DNA of 61,202 nt, filler included, from Dimorphilus gyrociliatus (lineage: Eukaryota > Animalia > Annelida), in the NCBI GenBank assembly GCA_904063045.1. It is 3 parts of 3 records of this genome, joined end to end, with 100 filler letters (N's around TTAATTAATTAA, not from the genome) between each part and the next. Parts side by side here need not be neighbours in the genome. Positions count along the whole stretch, not along the records: positions 18,991 to 36,728 come from CAJFCJ010000212.1; 2 more parts are not named here. One strand, 5' to 3'. Numbering within the stretch: position 1 is the stretch's first letter; every line of letters begins with the position of its first letter. Both the position numbers and the translations under genes were made by a program. The notes under the pieces are model-generated. The model searched no databases and was not told the origin of the DNA. It saw only the letters and a list, made by a program, of their open reading frames with translations. This document shows, in pieces, positions 23,490 through 36,828 of this stretch.

Positions 23490-24335
23490 TTAGCTTGTAT
23501 TGATTCTGTTCATTCCTTGTCCAATGTGTTCATTTTTTATGTGTACCCAATCACCAATTTTGTAAGTTGGTGGTTTTCTTGTGATAGTTTTATTAACTCT
23601 ATCTCTGTATTCCTTCTTTTTCAAAGCAGATTTGCAAAGTGCAGTAGCTCTGATTTCTTCCATTTCATGCTTTCTATCAAGTAGGAATTTTGTTGTTGGT
23701 TCTAATCTTGGGATTTCCATTAATAAATCTAAAATGTTTCTATTTTTTAATCCAAATAATATTTCATGTGGGGTTTTACCAGTGCTTCCAACTGGAATTT
23801 GGTTTAAACATGTTTGAATTATTGGTAATTGTCTTGTCCAATCTGTCAATTGTTCCATAACTACATGTTTATGTAGTGCTTTGCAAATTTCCAAATTCTT
23901 TCTTTCTACCATTCCATTACTTTGGCTATGGAATGCTGTTGTTTTAATTTTTCTTATTCCCTTTGATGATACCATTTCTGTAAAGATATCCCCAAGAAAA
24001 TTCCTTCCTTTATCTGTAAGAACTTCTTCAGGAATACCAAATATTGGAAAATAGTTGAAAAATAAATGTTTGGAAATTTCTTCACCTCTTTGTGTTTTTA
24101 GAGGGAATAGATTGGTGAATCTGGACATGTGATCTATAATCACAAGTATATATTTGTAAGAATCATGTCCAGTCAAAGGTCCCATTATGTCCATAGCAAT
24201 TCTTTGCATTGGTAGAGTTGGATGAGGTGTTTCAACCAACAAGTGTTTGTTGCCTGGTGCTCTTAATTGCTCACAAAATTCGCAATTCTTTATGTGGTCT
24301 TTAATTGTCTTCTTTAATTTTGGAATTGCAGCCAA
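23490..24335 (-). CDS. Ty3/Gypsy integrase (C..C zinc-binding end plus DDE core), 5' truncated
   Basis: CEFC, RIAMDIMGP, IIDHMSRF, LTDKGRNF, TTAFHSQSNGMVERKN. Confidence 0.92.
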   Translation of the reverse strand: MAAIPKLKKTIKDHIKNCEFCEQLRAPGNKHLLVETPHPTLPMQRIAMDIMGPLTGHDSYKYILVIIDHMSRFTNLFPLKTQRGEEISKHLFFNYFPIFGIPEEVLTDKGRNFLGDIFTEMVSSKGIRKIKTTAFHSQSNGMVERKNLEICKALHKHVVMEQLTDWTRQLPIIQTCLNQIPVGSTGKTPHEILFGLKNRNILDLLMEIPRLEPTTKFLLDRKHEMEEIRATALCKSALKKKEYRDRVNKTITRKPPTYKIGDWVHIKNEHIGQGMNRINTS

Positions 24336-24547
24336 ATTTAGGTGATGTGCTCATCAACTACACTGGCCGGGGAAGAGGATAGGAGAGAGCTTCATCTGGT
24401 AGGAAAGGGAATTGTATCTCTAACATCTCCCTCTATATTACTGTCTCCTGTGTAGATTTTGAAGGTTCAGTCTGTAATTTTATGGGTTATTCTCCCTAAT
24501 TTAAATTTGTATATTGATCTTTAATCCAAATATAGGATAGTCTTAAG

Positions 24548-24650
24548 AAATGTAATTTTGGTAGAAATTAATCAACAAAATGCCAGTATTTCGTTTAAAG
24601 AATATCTATTGAGTAAATGAGTTTCTAGTTTTAAACAAGTAAGTTAAGTC
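24548..24650 (-). mobile_element. LTR family 3 fragment
   Basis: Matches ~20230-20330 and the reverse complement of ~130-215. Confidence 0.6.
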
Positions 24651-24659
24651 TTTTAATGT

Positions 24660-26426
24660 ATTGAATAGGTTCTTGTTCAAATTATAATAACTTTTTTGAT
24701 TTCCTGTTGGAATAATTTGAAATTTTTCACTTTCAACTTTCAAATTCCAGTCTAGATTATCATTGATTGCTTTAAGATAGTGATTATCACTTCTTTCAAA
24801 CTATTTTCTTCCAATTCCATTAAGCTATTTGGGATGGGAACCACCCTATTTCCTTGTTTATTTGGTAAAAGGCTTAATTTTTGTCTGTTAAAAACCCTAA
24901 TTGTTCTGTATTATCAAAATTGTCATCTATCAAATTTTCCAATTGACAATTGCTCATGTGATTTTTACTATCTTGAAAAAATACCATTGTAGGATGAATT
25001 ATAAAGCAATTTTGTAAGATGAAGAATTCCAATAAATTTCCTTCCTTTCTTTCTTTGATAAAATTGAAGAAGCTGTTAGTTTCATTTGACCTAATTAGCT
25101 TATTTTCAATTGTTATTATCTCCAAATACATATTTTGTTTAAAAACAAAGTGATTGATTGATTGTTGAAAAAGTCATGAAACTGGTGTGATGAATTTATG
25201 AATTCAGATAGTGGTTTTTGTCCAAATGACTTTAATTAAATAATTATTATAAGTTAGATTGCTTGAAATTATTATCTTTTTAATATTTGATGATCAGACA
25301 TTTTATTTTTCCCTTAAAATTTCAAATGCTTGGCCAAAAATATCCAGAAATTGTATGTTTGTTGTTGAAATAATTTGAATAATTATTTTGTAGATGATAT
25401 GAATGGAAAGTGAAGAATCTTTACCTTTAATTGAAATCTAGGTAATCTTTGGTGAATGTTTATTAAGCAATTGGAAAAGAAGATCAACATTTAGTTGAGT
25501 ATTGTCAAAATGTAATTCCTGTAAAGATTCTCTCTTACTTTCTATCAGTAATGCTAGTATTGCATCCTCCAAAGTTTCATTGTTGAAAGTGAGTTTTTCA
25601 TCACGATTCTCAAAAGATAAATATTTTTTAATTCCTTCATCTCAAGAAAACATATTCCTAACAATTTCAGAAGATAACAGAATATTTTGAAAGATTTCCG
25701 TAGAATATTCTTCAATAGAATCCATTATGTAATAGATTTTGGTGTTAGTTTTCTCTGTTAAAATTTGATCAAATGATTTTTCACCTCCAAAAGTTGAAAT
25801 TTTATTCTTTGGTCTTCTTTTGAATTCTTTTATAAGAAGGCATCATTGAATGGATGATCCAGTAGATTGAATTCATCAGCTTCATCTAAAAGTAGTATAA
25901 CATCCTCTAAACCTTCTTTAAAGAATGATTTAACTGTGTCCTCATTTATATATGAGATCTTTTTAAGATCCTGATGTACTGTTGAATTTGATTTAAGATC
26001 TCTTAGAATGATAAACAGGGATAATTTTTTATCATCTCTCTTTCATTCTCCCATTGCCCAACTGTAGATTAAATTTCAAATATGAGCACTTTTATCAACT
26101 CCAGGTTCTCCTTGAATTAAAATGTTTTAGAAATCCTTATTAAAAACTTAGTCAAAGTTATTATAGCAATTGTCTTTGACATCTACCAGTTTTGTATCGA
26201 AGATACCTTTTAACAACTTCTGATATTTGAACAGGTTTTATAATATCTTTAATGTTGTCCTTGTCATCTTTTAAGCTGATAGGTTATCTGTTTACTAGCC
26301 CTACCAGCTTGAAAAATGTCTTATATTTTGGTGTTTTACACTAGCTTTAAATATTTCTAGAGTATTGTTGATTTACTCAAGTCCTTGAGCAATAAGACAA
26401 GATACTATTTCACCAGTTTTCATCAT
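24660..26426 (-). pseudogene. Degenerate NACHT-NTPase (NLR-like) gene
   Basis: ILIQGEPGVDKS (Walker A-like, ~26085-26118) and VILLLDEADE (Walker B, ~25870-25905); many stops and frameshifts. Confidence 0.7.
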
Positions 26427-26779
26427 GGAGGATTATGATGCTGGACAACACATCCTCTGGACAAAATGTCTCCTGGAGGAAATGTTACTTGGAGATTTTG
26501 GGTGATATTTAAAAGTCAAGCTTTTGGAATTATATCCAGAACATGCTGTATCAGGTATAACCTGGTACTTTAACAGAAATTCAATACAATTTGGAATATT
26601 ATATTCCTGTTTTTATCTTTTGAACAACAATAAAGAAAAGATAAATATAGTTTTGATAGACATTTTATGCTATATACAACTACTTTTGTTAATTTTATTG
26701 CCTTTTTTCAAGATAACAGTTTATCTGAAGTGCAAATGGAGTATTTTGAGAGTGAGATTTGAAACCCATAAAGACTGGT

Positions 26780-27516
26780 TTAACAATGTTTAACTAAACA
26801 TTTAATAGACATTTTGAGATGAATTCAATTACTGGAAATTTACACAAAACCATATATTCATTGAACAAATGATAAAATTCAAGTTAATTGAATAATTTTT
26901 TCTAAAAACTATCTACATTGAAATTAACAACAGATGTGAAGAATGCAACTGTCAATCTTTTTTTTCTCTTACCTTGAGATATTGACATCTATTGCACAGT
27001 TAAGGATAGACAAAGTATTAGACTGGTTTCCTTCTTGAATAGTCAAATTAAATCTCTTTGTGATACAAACACACAATGTGCAGATAATTGATTACGAACA
27101 AAAACATATAAGACAATATATTCATGGTTTTATATTGCAAACTTCAATTGAAAAAGTAACTGGTAGAGAATTTTTGGCATATGTAATAGAATAATAGAAT
27201 TTTGAGATGACATCATTTTTTCTAGAACATTTAAAGATATATCTATGATATAGATTATTACTAAAACTTAATGATGTTAATATACAAGGTTCAATATTTT
27301 CAATTGATTCCATATTTTTGTAAAATACATTAATAATGATTGATTGGGAGATATCTTTTTCAAATTTCAAAGTCATTTCAGGAAAAGTATGTTGAGAGTA
27401 ATATTTCACATTGTTTAGCCTACTACTCTCAATTAAAACTTTAGAATTATTATTCAAAGTTAAACAAGTAGAATGTAAATTATCTATTAAATATTCATTT
27501 TCAATTTTTTGGCATG
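26780..27516 (-). repeat. Inverted near-identical duplicate of 30846-31580
   Basis: ORF 27122-27457 encodes the same residues as ORFs 30773-31238; both breakpoints traced. Confidence 0.92.
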
Positions 27517-28400
27517 GGAAGCAGAGGAGGCCTATCAGATACTAAAGAAATCAATGACTGAGCCACCCATACTTCAACTACCAGATTTTACCATACCATT
27601 TTATTTAACAACAGATGCTTCCAATTATGCAGTTGGCACAGTTCTGGAATAAGAATGTGAAGAAGATGGAAAGAAAATAAGAAAACCAATTTCTTTTGCT
27701 TCCAAGCTTCTAATCAATACACAACTAAGATATGCAGCTTATCAGAAAGAAGCTTTTGCTGTGTATTGGGCAGTACAAAAATTCTCCCATTATTTGCAGT
27801 ATAAGAAATTTTTTCTTTATACTGATCACCAAAATTTAGTACAAACCTTTGTGCAAAACAAACTAAATTCAAGTACTATCAAATGGGTTATGGCACTTAT
27901 GAACATGGATTTTGAAATAATTTATATACCAGGAAGGATTAACAGAGCAGACTGGGTATCAAGAATTGGAGAAACTGATGAAGTAATTGATTTTCGCAAC
28001 TTACTAAAAGACAGACTGAATCAAGAAAAACAGAATGGCAATACAGTTCCTCAACTAGCAGAAAGAAAAGATATGCTTAAATGCTTTTATATTGATACAG
28101 AAGATCTGGAAGAATTAGATGATTGCTTAGATGATAATTTAGATGATGAGTTTGATGAAGAAACAATTGAAAACCAATTGAAAGTTATGAAACTAAAAAC
28201 TACAACTGTTGAAATAGCCTTCTATACAGAACAACTTTTGGATACTCCACTGATGAAAGTTGTAGACAAATTGGAAGGAGAAAATATTGATACTGGAACA
28301 TTGTATGAATATAAAAACTTCATTGAAAATATGTTTGTTAAAGAGGATCTGGTATGGTATTTAGATGGTTGTCAACCACTACTTGTAATACCACACAGGG
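27517..28400 (+). pseudogene. Ty3/Gypsy pol fragment (RT-RNase H linker and RNase H)
   Basis: AYQILKKSMTEPPILQLPDFTIPFYLTTDASNYAVGTVL, EAFAVYWAVQKFSHYL, FFLYTDHQNL. Confidence 0.9.
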
Positions 28401-28680
28401 TTTAAAGAAGAAAATGAGAAAATAAAATGGTTCATACCACACCACAGTTGTAGCAAATCCAAATAAAAAGGTGTATGATTGCATGGCAAAATACCATGGA
28501 AGAAGTGTGAATGATACAATCTCAACAGGCAGAAGGCTGGTGGAAGATATACTCCTAATATTGATGAATTGGTGCTGTCTGCAAGCACTATGTAACAGGT
28601 GACATAAAGGCAATGTTCAACCAAGTAAACCTGAAAGAGTCAGATAGGCCAGATTTGACTGTATTCAACCACACGAAAAC
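28400..28680 (+). pseudogene. BEL/Pao reverse transcriptase fragment
   Basis: WFIPHH...VYDCMAKYHGRSVND and GDIKAMFNQVNLKESDR match the BEL/Pao PHH...FD...SLND and DI..MF.Q motifs. Confidence 0.7.
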
Positions 28681-29087
28681 CAAAGATGAGAGAGAACATA
28701 ACAGAGTATATAAAATTGAAACAAAATTTTAAATATTCACTGAGATTACGTAAAAAATAAACTTTAAATTTTAAGAAAATGATCAGTTTTTTCAAAATAT
28801 GCTAATAGTCCTATCAGCAACTGATAAAAATTTAATGATGTTTGAAAAAGTTGTCTTTAAACAAGGCTAAGATAATAAAATGTTTACCTATCAAATACAA
28901 TTTATTATTCAATTCTCAAATAGTTGGTAACAGTCTATCAATAATACATTGTCTGTTACTAACAACACCAAAGTAGTAATATTGAGCTAAATTGACAATT
29001 AAATTAAATAATAGTTGTTTTTTATTATACTCTTCTATATAATATAAAAGGAGCTTCTTAGAATAGCATTGCATTTAAAAATTCAAA

Positions 29088-31238
29088 ATGATGAATAATT
29101 TGATATTTTTTCAATTTTATTTTCTAATTTTACTTTCAAATTATATTGCAAAGACAGGTTTATTAATATTTTAAAATTTAAAATTTTTAACCTTATCTAC
29201 CTTTGTTGTTTTTTTTTAAAAACAAACAGACAGAAAGTTGATAAACATTGGCGATATTGAAATGGGATCAAGTTGCTATTCTCCCACTGCTAAACCACCA
29301 GAGAAAGAACATACATTCTTTTGTAATAATAGTCTAATTCCAAATTGGGTTAATATGGAATTTTGGCTTACTGCTTGTCAACCTAATTGCCCTATCAACA
29401 TCATCTCTATAACATTTAAAAAAGCTTATAATATCACTGAAATTTGCCTTTTTCCTCCATTTTTTTCACTTAAACATAAAGGAGAGAGTGTGAAATTTAT
29501 TTTCAATGATCAAGAATTTTATATTGAACAATTGAATTTGGAAGATGTAGGTGAATGTTTTCTACCCAGATTAAATTATGGTAAAAATATACATAATATG
29601 ACTTTCCAACCATATCAATATCCAACATGCAATGTTGGATTTAACTCAATAATGATATATGCTATTGTAGATGGTAAGTCAACATTTTTTTATGTATAAA
29701 TTACAATTTTAATACTAAAACAAAATATCATTTAGCCAATTACGAAAATACAGACAATTTAGAGTATTTAACAGATATTGCTCAAATTGAAAATGGAGCT
29801 ACTTGTACAGCCAAAACAGAGAAGAGCTCAAAATGGGCCTGTCAACATGCCATAGACCATTTCAGTAGTTTGTTACAGAAGTATAAAGAATGGTCAAGCA
29901 AATGTAATGGCAAAAACTGTATTGGACAGTATATTAAAGTCTTTTTTAAAATATATGGAAACCCTATTAGATATTGTTTAACAAATAGGTCAAAAAAAAT
30001 AACAAAAACAATTATTCTTTCTAATTAAACTATATTTATAAACTTTGAACAGACAAAATAATCAACAATACATTTCAAAAGTAAGCATGAATGGACTTCT
30101 GGTTTAGAAGAAATTATTAACACTACAGAAAATAGTTTTCAACATTGTTTTGACTATAATAAGGATTTTATAGAAACTGGAGTGTATATTGAGGTCTTAG
30201 AAACACCAACTCCACTTTCTGTTGGCTTTGGCCTTATTCAAGTATTCATAAAAGGTATAGTACATTCCCTAATTAGGCCTATATCAATGTATAGTTGATC
30301 TTTTTCAGATATCTTGGGAAAAGAGTACACAATTCAGAATGCGAAAACTGTTATTTACACCCTTCCACCACCACTTCAAAATGAAGTCAGATCAATAAGT
30401 TTCAGCCTATTTGGAAAAGTAAATGATTTGAACAAATGTGGAGATATTGAACTACATTTCTATTCAAATGATAAAAGAATATTTTATATTTTCATATCAA
30501 ATTATTTAAAGAGTTTTATTTATTTAGATGAGTTTAATCAGTCCTATAGCAACTCTAATATTAAAGAATATGTTGTTTGCAATGAGTGGAATGATTTCTG
30601 GTTTTCTATCAATAATGGTTTAATTCAATTTGGTAAAGGATTACTATACTATTCAATGTATTGTTAGCTACTAAATACAATATTGAATATGTTGATAGTC
30701 AACTATCATTTAGAAATACTATGTTGGGTTTAATCATAAATTAAAAGTCAAGGACATTGGTATGTATTTAACTTGAAAAAAAAATTGAATATATCTATCT
30801 TTGTAAATACAGAAGGAAGAATAATTAGAATATATCAAGAGAATACATGCCAAAAAATTGAAAATGAATATTTAATAGATAATTTACATTCTACTTGTTT
30901 AACTTTGAATAATAATTCTAAAGTTTTAATTGAGAGTAGTAGGCTAAACAATGTGAAATATTACTCTCAACATACTTTTCCTGAAATGACTTTGAAATTT
31001 GAAAAAGATATCTCCAATCAATCATTATTAATGTATTTTACAAAATATGGAATCAATTGAAAATATTGAACCTTGTATATTAACATCATTAAGTTTTAGT
31101 AATAATCTATATCATAGATATATCTTTAAATGTTCTAGAAAAAATGATGTCATCTCAAAATTCTATTATTCTATTACATATGCCAAAAATTCTCTACCAG
31201 TTACTTTTTCAATTGAAGTTTGCAATATAAAACCATGA
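29088..31238 (+). CDS. Multi-exon secreted protein (discoidin/F5-8-like domains plus farnesoic-acid-O-methyltransferase-like domain); apparent frameshifts in the 3' half
   Basis: TATA-like ~29036-29049; signal exon 29088-29157; GT-AG introns; CNEWNDFWFSINNGLIQFGKG motif; reading frame broken near 30090, 30660 and 31020. Confidence 0.55.
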
Positions 31239-31578
31239 ATATATTGTCTTATATGTTTTTGTTCGTAATCAATTATCTGCACATTGTGTGTTTGTATCAC
31301 AAAGAGATTTAATTTGACTATTCAAGAAGGAAACCAGTCTAATACTTTGTCTATCCTTAACTGTGCAATAGATGTCAATATCTCAAGGTAAGAGAAAAAA
31401 AAGATTGACAGTTGCATTCTTCACATCTGTTGTTAATTTCAATGTAGATAGTTTTTAGAAAAAATTATTCAATTAACTTGAATTTTATCATTTGTTCAAT
31501 GAATATATGGTTTTGTGTAAATTTCCAGTAATTGAATTCATCTCAAAATGTCTATTAAATGTTTAGTTAAACATTGTT

Positions 31579-31865
31579 AATTGAAAGTTATGAAACTAAA
31601 AACTACAACTGTTGAAATAGCCTTCTATACAGAACAACTTTTGGATACTCCACTGATGAAAGTTGTAGACAAATTGGAAGGAGAAAATATTGATACTGGA
31701 ACATTGTATGAATATAAAAACTTCATTGAAAATATGTTTGTTAAAGAGGATCTGGTATGGTATTTAGATGGTTGTCAACCACTACTTGTAATACCACACA
31801 GGGTTTAAAGAAGAAAATGAGAAAATAAAATGGTTCATACCACACCACAGTTGTAGCAAATCCAA
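31579..31865 (+). repeat. Direct duplicate of 28176-28462 (retro pol fragment)
   Basis: Identical translation KVMKLKTTTVE...PLLVIPHRV; ends traced. Confidence 0.92.
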
Positions 31866-34513
31866 TATTAAAACTCACATGATCTAATTAAATTAATATT
31901 GTATCCAATCTTGATAATGTTGGTCATACCACAATGAAGATAGGCATTTCGTATACAATACCAATGAGAACAAGTGTCTGTTTTTTGACAACTACAAGCA
32001 ACCAATTCACATAGGCATTCTGAAAATAGATTTTTATGGTCCAAGAATCTCTTTAAACCTGAAAAACTGATATGTCTACATGATCGAGAATTCTTAATTG
32101 ACTCTAAACAATTGTAAAGAGTTTTAAAAATTTGGCACATTTTCTTAGCATTAAAGTTTCCATTTAGTCTTAAAATGGAAATTCTTGCTTAATTCTTGCA
32201 ATAATCAGTCCATATTCCTCTACCAGCAGTTCCATCTTTACTATCAGATATTTTTTCAATTGTAGTTACATTAAAAATAGTATCCGATTCCTTTTCCTCA
32301 ATGCTATTACTATCATAATTAATATGATCATCAACACATCTGCTATTTTGGACAAACACAGTTTGCAGTTTAACATTATAACATTTTTTCTGCATATCTC
32401 ACTTCTTCTTCATGGAACCTGAAACTTTGAATACTAAAATCAAAACAATAAAGGTTATAATATCAGATACTAAAAAAAAGTAAAGTTCAAGAAAAAAAAT
32501 CTTCATTATTATAGAAATAAGCGCAGTGGCCAAAAATAAGGTATGGGTACTGTATAAAGAAAGGTGCTAAAGTTTAAACCACCAGGTTCAATAGGTTTGA
32601 ATAAGGAGTATGTGAAAAAATTGTTTTAGGCCTATTCTGACTATTTGCCTCGAACAGCTAAAAATTACATAATATGCTAATTCCTAAAAATGCCCATACT
32701 ACCCTTTTCGATTCATCATATATTTGAACACAAGTCTGATGCCTAGTGTCATAATAATTTATGGCTTTTGGACTAATATTTTAATTGTTACTGAAGAAAA
32801 CAACCCTCTTTTTTTATTTGCTTCTACTTATTAGTTGATTGCTTGAAGCATTTTTTTATTGCAGTATTACAAAAACATTTTAAAAGGAAAGAAAACTTTT
32901 TATATATGGGAAAAAACTTTCAAAGGTTGGAAGGTTGTTAAAAGTTTGTCAATTGAATTGCATGATGCAGTGACATTTTGGCACAGGACATTTGGTCCAC
33001 ATTAGCCCATTTTCAGACATTTTAGCCTATTTTAAGAAAATTTTAGGGTAAAATTTAGATTAGAAAAGAACTTTTTTTTCTTCTAATTAAGCTGTCTAAA
33101 TGTGAAATAATATTTTCTCTCTAGATAGAATAAAGCATTGAAAATTTTGAATTTGAATTCCAAATGCCAAACAGATCATCTTTTTTTTCATTGGATTAAC
33201 ATGGATGATTTTTTAAGATAAAATTATCAAAAATCAATTTTTCATTATCCAAAGAAATTTCATCCAAGTTCAGTTTAATTTGAGTAGTCTCTTTTGAAAC
33301 TTCTATCTTGGAACATTCTTTAATTGTTGATTCACAACTGTTTATAAAAATGAAAAAAGTTTTTCTAAATATCTTTTTATTATTCTATCAATTTTACCTT
33401 GAATTCCAAAAATTATTAATTTTTTCAAAAATTTTGATCCCTTTCAAAACTGGAAGTTCATTCCTTGATGTGTAAAGATATGATTCAAATTGAAAACATT
33501 TTGTAGTAACATTGTTTTCAATAAAAGGCGAATAAATGTTTATTTCATTTAAATATTGATTAGCCTTTTTATGATATTGTTTTCTGAGAATTAAAACTGA
33601 ATCTTTTGGTGATAAAAAATGTTTTACAATACATAAAATAAAAGAACTGGAAAGAAAAATAAATTTTTTTACTAAACTCTTTCAGAGAAAATATCCTTAA
33701 TTTCATCTTTATAAAGTACTAATTGAGAATTATATCCAGTTGTTATTTTATAACCACAAAGTCCATGTTCAAAATTACAATTTAATTTATTTTCTAAATG
33801 AAAAAAATTGAAAAAAAGGAACAATGTTTTTACTAAAATGAATAAATTCTAACTATTGTTAATCCTTTTACATCTATTTGTTCTCTAATACGAAAATTAC
33901 TTGTTTTTTGTTGAAAATCAACCAATTTGAAGTCATCATAAATCTATAAATTATATTGAAATGGCAAAAATTAATTAAACTTAGATAAGAAAAGAACAAA
34001 ATCTTTTTAACAAGAAATGATAATTGTCAAAATTTTTGGCTTTTTTCGATAGCAGATATTCAAAAGAGAGGCAAGCATTTTCAGTGTAATTGACCTATAT
34101 AATTTACATTCTTTAAACCAGGTTCTAATTTAATGTATTGTTGTTGTTGACAATAAGTAGAAGGTTCAAATATAAAACTGAAAAAAAAAGATGGTTTTAA
34201 AAATTATCTATTAGAATTTTTTTTTTAATATAGAAATAACAAAACCTTTGACTTTCTTTATTACTATTAATAAAATTCTTGATAATAGTTATAGTAATAT
34301 TTTGTTTAAATGAGTTTGATGGCAAATTTAATGATTGAGGTAAAAACTAAATACTAAATATTTAAATTTATCAATAATGTCCTCAGTAAAGTTTGGAGTG
34401 GTAATTGAAGCTTCATCATCCCTTTTGCCCAAAAAACTTCTTAGTTGAAGATATCCAACTAGTGGGGATAAGAGGATTAATTATAGTAAAGTTCTCTTAT
34501 TAATGTAAGAGTA

Positions 34514-34890
34514 TTAAGAAAAAAATATATAGTTACTTCTTGAATTATGATACCATTGAAAAGAACTTTTCAACCTGCCAGTAATTGTATAACCACATAA
34601 ATTATCTTCAAAATTACAATCAAATGAATTGGAAATTGGGTAATTTTTTATTGGACAATCCATGATTTCAACTTCCTCAATTGTTGTAAAAGTAGGAACC
34701 ATAAAAATGTTATATTATTAGTATACTTGAAGATTATCTGGAATGGTTCTTTTGGAAGATTGTAGATAATAATTTCTTTATTTATCTCGTACTCAAAAGT
34801 TTCTTTTATTGGATTGAAGTATGCAATAGGGCGTGGTTTGTGAGTAAAAGCTGTGTATTGAAATCCATTTTCTAACCTGAAATGAATCTA
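34514..34890 (-). CDS. Exons of a probable MAM-domain protein (full structure unresolved)
   Basis: SFDCNFEDNLCGY...W motif that opens MAM domains; short introns nearby. Confidence 0.4.
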
Positions 34891-35994
34891 AAAAACAAAA
34901 ATATTTTTATAAACATAATCCCTTTTGAAAATTACAATTATAACCATCTGAATTCAAAATGAATTAATTTTTTTGTTTTTTGAAAAAATAGAAAAGAAAA
35001 TTGAACAAAAACCATTTTTTGAACAGGGTCCACTAAAAATTTCAATATCTGTTAATACACCAAGAGATGTGGTTGCATTAAATCTTAACTTAAACTGTGT
35101 TAAAAATATAAAAAATGGTCAGTATCAATCAATATCAATAGAATTTTTACCTTACTTGAACAATTTCTTCAGGAATTTCATATTTAAAATTTGTTTGACA
35201 AAAAGTACTTTGATCTAATCTATTTACAAAAAAAATGAAATATCACAAAAGATAATTTAAATAAAAAAAATTATCTTTACTCTTTAAAATTATTATCCCA
35301 ATTTTTCTTTCTAATATTTTAATATTTATAAAATAGTTTAAAGAAAACTCTATACAGTTTGTTTTATTTGAAAAAGAATAATTGGTGAGGTTAAATCAAA
35401 ATTTTCATTTGATTTGGCAGATAAATCTTGATTAGCTTTGAAGATATGGAGTAGTTTTCCTTTTTAAAAATAAAAAATTGTTATTTTAGTTTTCTTTTAG
35501 GTTTTTAATGGAAAAAAGATTCTATTTATACTGGTCCAAGGGATTATTGATTGTAAAACCTGGAAAATTTTTTTCCAAACCATTCTGTTTTGAATCTATA
35601 AAAATAAGAATAGAATTTTTTAAAAAATGGCTGGCAATAGTTGGAGATAATAGGATGAAATTGACATTTACCAGCTTTTATATTGCTACATTCACATTAG
35701 AAACAGCAATTTCACCAAAAAGGATATCAAATGTATCAAAATATTTTTGAATTGAAACTAAAACTTTAAATATTATCTAGAAGGAAGAGGAACATTTCAC
35801 AATATTTCAAACTGTCTTCTTTTCGTCTTACCTTTACAGGAGAATAGTGATCAGAATTTGTTGCATTTATAACATAACCCTTCCATTTTGGAACTTGGCC
35901 TTTATCATTATTTACTATATCCATTAACTGTTTTGGTGTCTCAATAAATTCAATTATGTTATTTTACTGCTACTGCTTGGGTAGTTTATGCCTT

Positions 35995-36210
35995 ACAAGT
36001 TACAACAGTACTGTTTCTACTCAAACCTTTGAACAAATATTTAATATAAATGTTTATTCCAAATAAAATACTTACCAAGTAACAATATGAAAGTTCAGTA
36101 GCAGTCTAGATATTTCATATTACCAAACTAGTGTCCAGCCTTGATGAGTAGAAGGCTTGTTCCAGTGGAGATTCTTTCCAAATGATCCTCCCAGATGATT
36201 ACATCAAGAT
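35995..36210 (-). mobile_element. Diverged LTR family 1 fragment
   Basis: Similar to ~17830-18060 (CAGTACTGTTTCTACTCAAACCTTTGAACAAAT, GTTCCAGTGGAG). Confidence 0.6.
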
Positions 36211-36728
36211 ACATGATGATTTACCTCAAAAATTAATATATTTTTTTCAATTGTTCTCTTTCATAGTTAAAAGAGCAAAATGAGGACATTATCATATTTA
36301 ATAATATTCTTCTCATCAATATAGAGAGAAAATGTATCTTTTGGTTACAAAGAATGATCCCAAATACACAACAAAAGCAGTAAAATCTGAGGGAGTTAGT
36401 ACAATGGTTTTTTGCTACATCAAATTTAATGGAGATAGGGACATAGCTAAGCACATTTGGATTATATTGAAGTATTGAGGACCCTATTGTTCAAAGTGAT
36501 AATAGTGTGGCAATTTTCAGGGTGGTGGGCCTATTTGTCCCAGATCAGCAAAGACAAAGAACTACCTAAAAAGACAGGATATCAAAACATTGAATCCATG
36601 TCCAGCTAACACCCAGGCCTCAACATTATTGAGCCTATATGAGGCACATGTAAAAAGTGAATGGTGCATTTATGTCAAGATATAAGGATACCTGTGTATA
36701 GTATACAAAAATGAATTTTTTTTAAATT

Positions 36729-36828
36729 NNNNNNNNNNNNNNNNNNNNNNNNNNNNNNNNNNNNNNNNNNNNTTAATTAATTAANNNNNNNNNNNNNNNN
36801 NNNNNNNNNNNNNNNNNNNNNNNNNNNN
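36729..36828. other. Assembly gap (Ns with TTAATTAATTAA linker)
   Basis: Read directly. Confidence 0.95.

Noticed and set aside
31868-32395. Cys-rich minus-strand ORF fragments
   Set aside because: Could be exons or TE remnants, but no family or splice model could be supported
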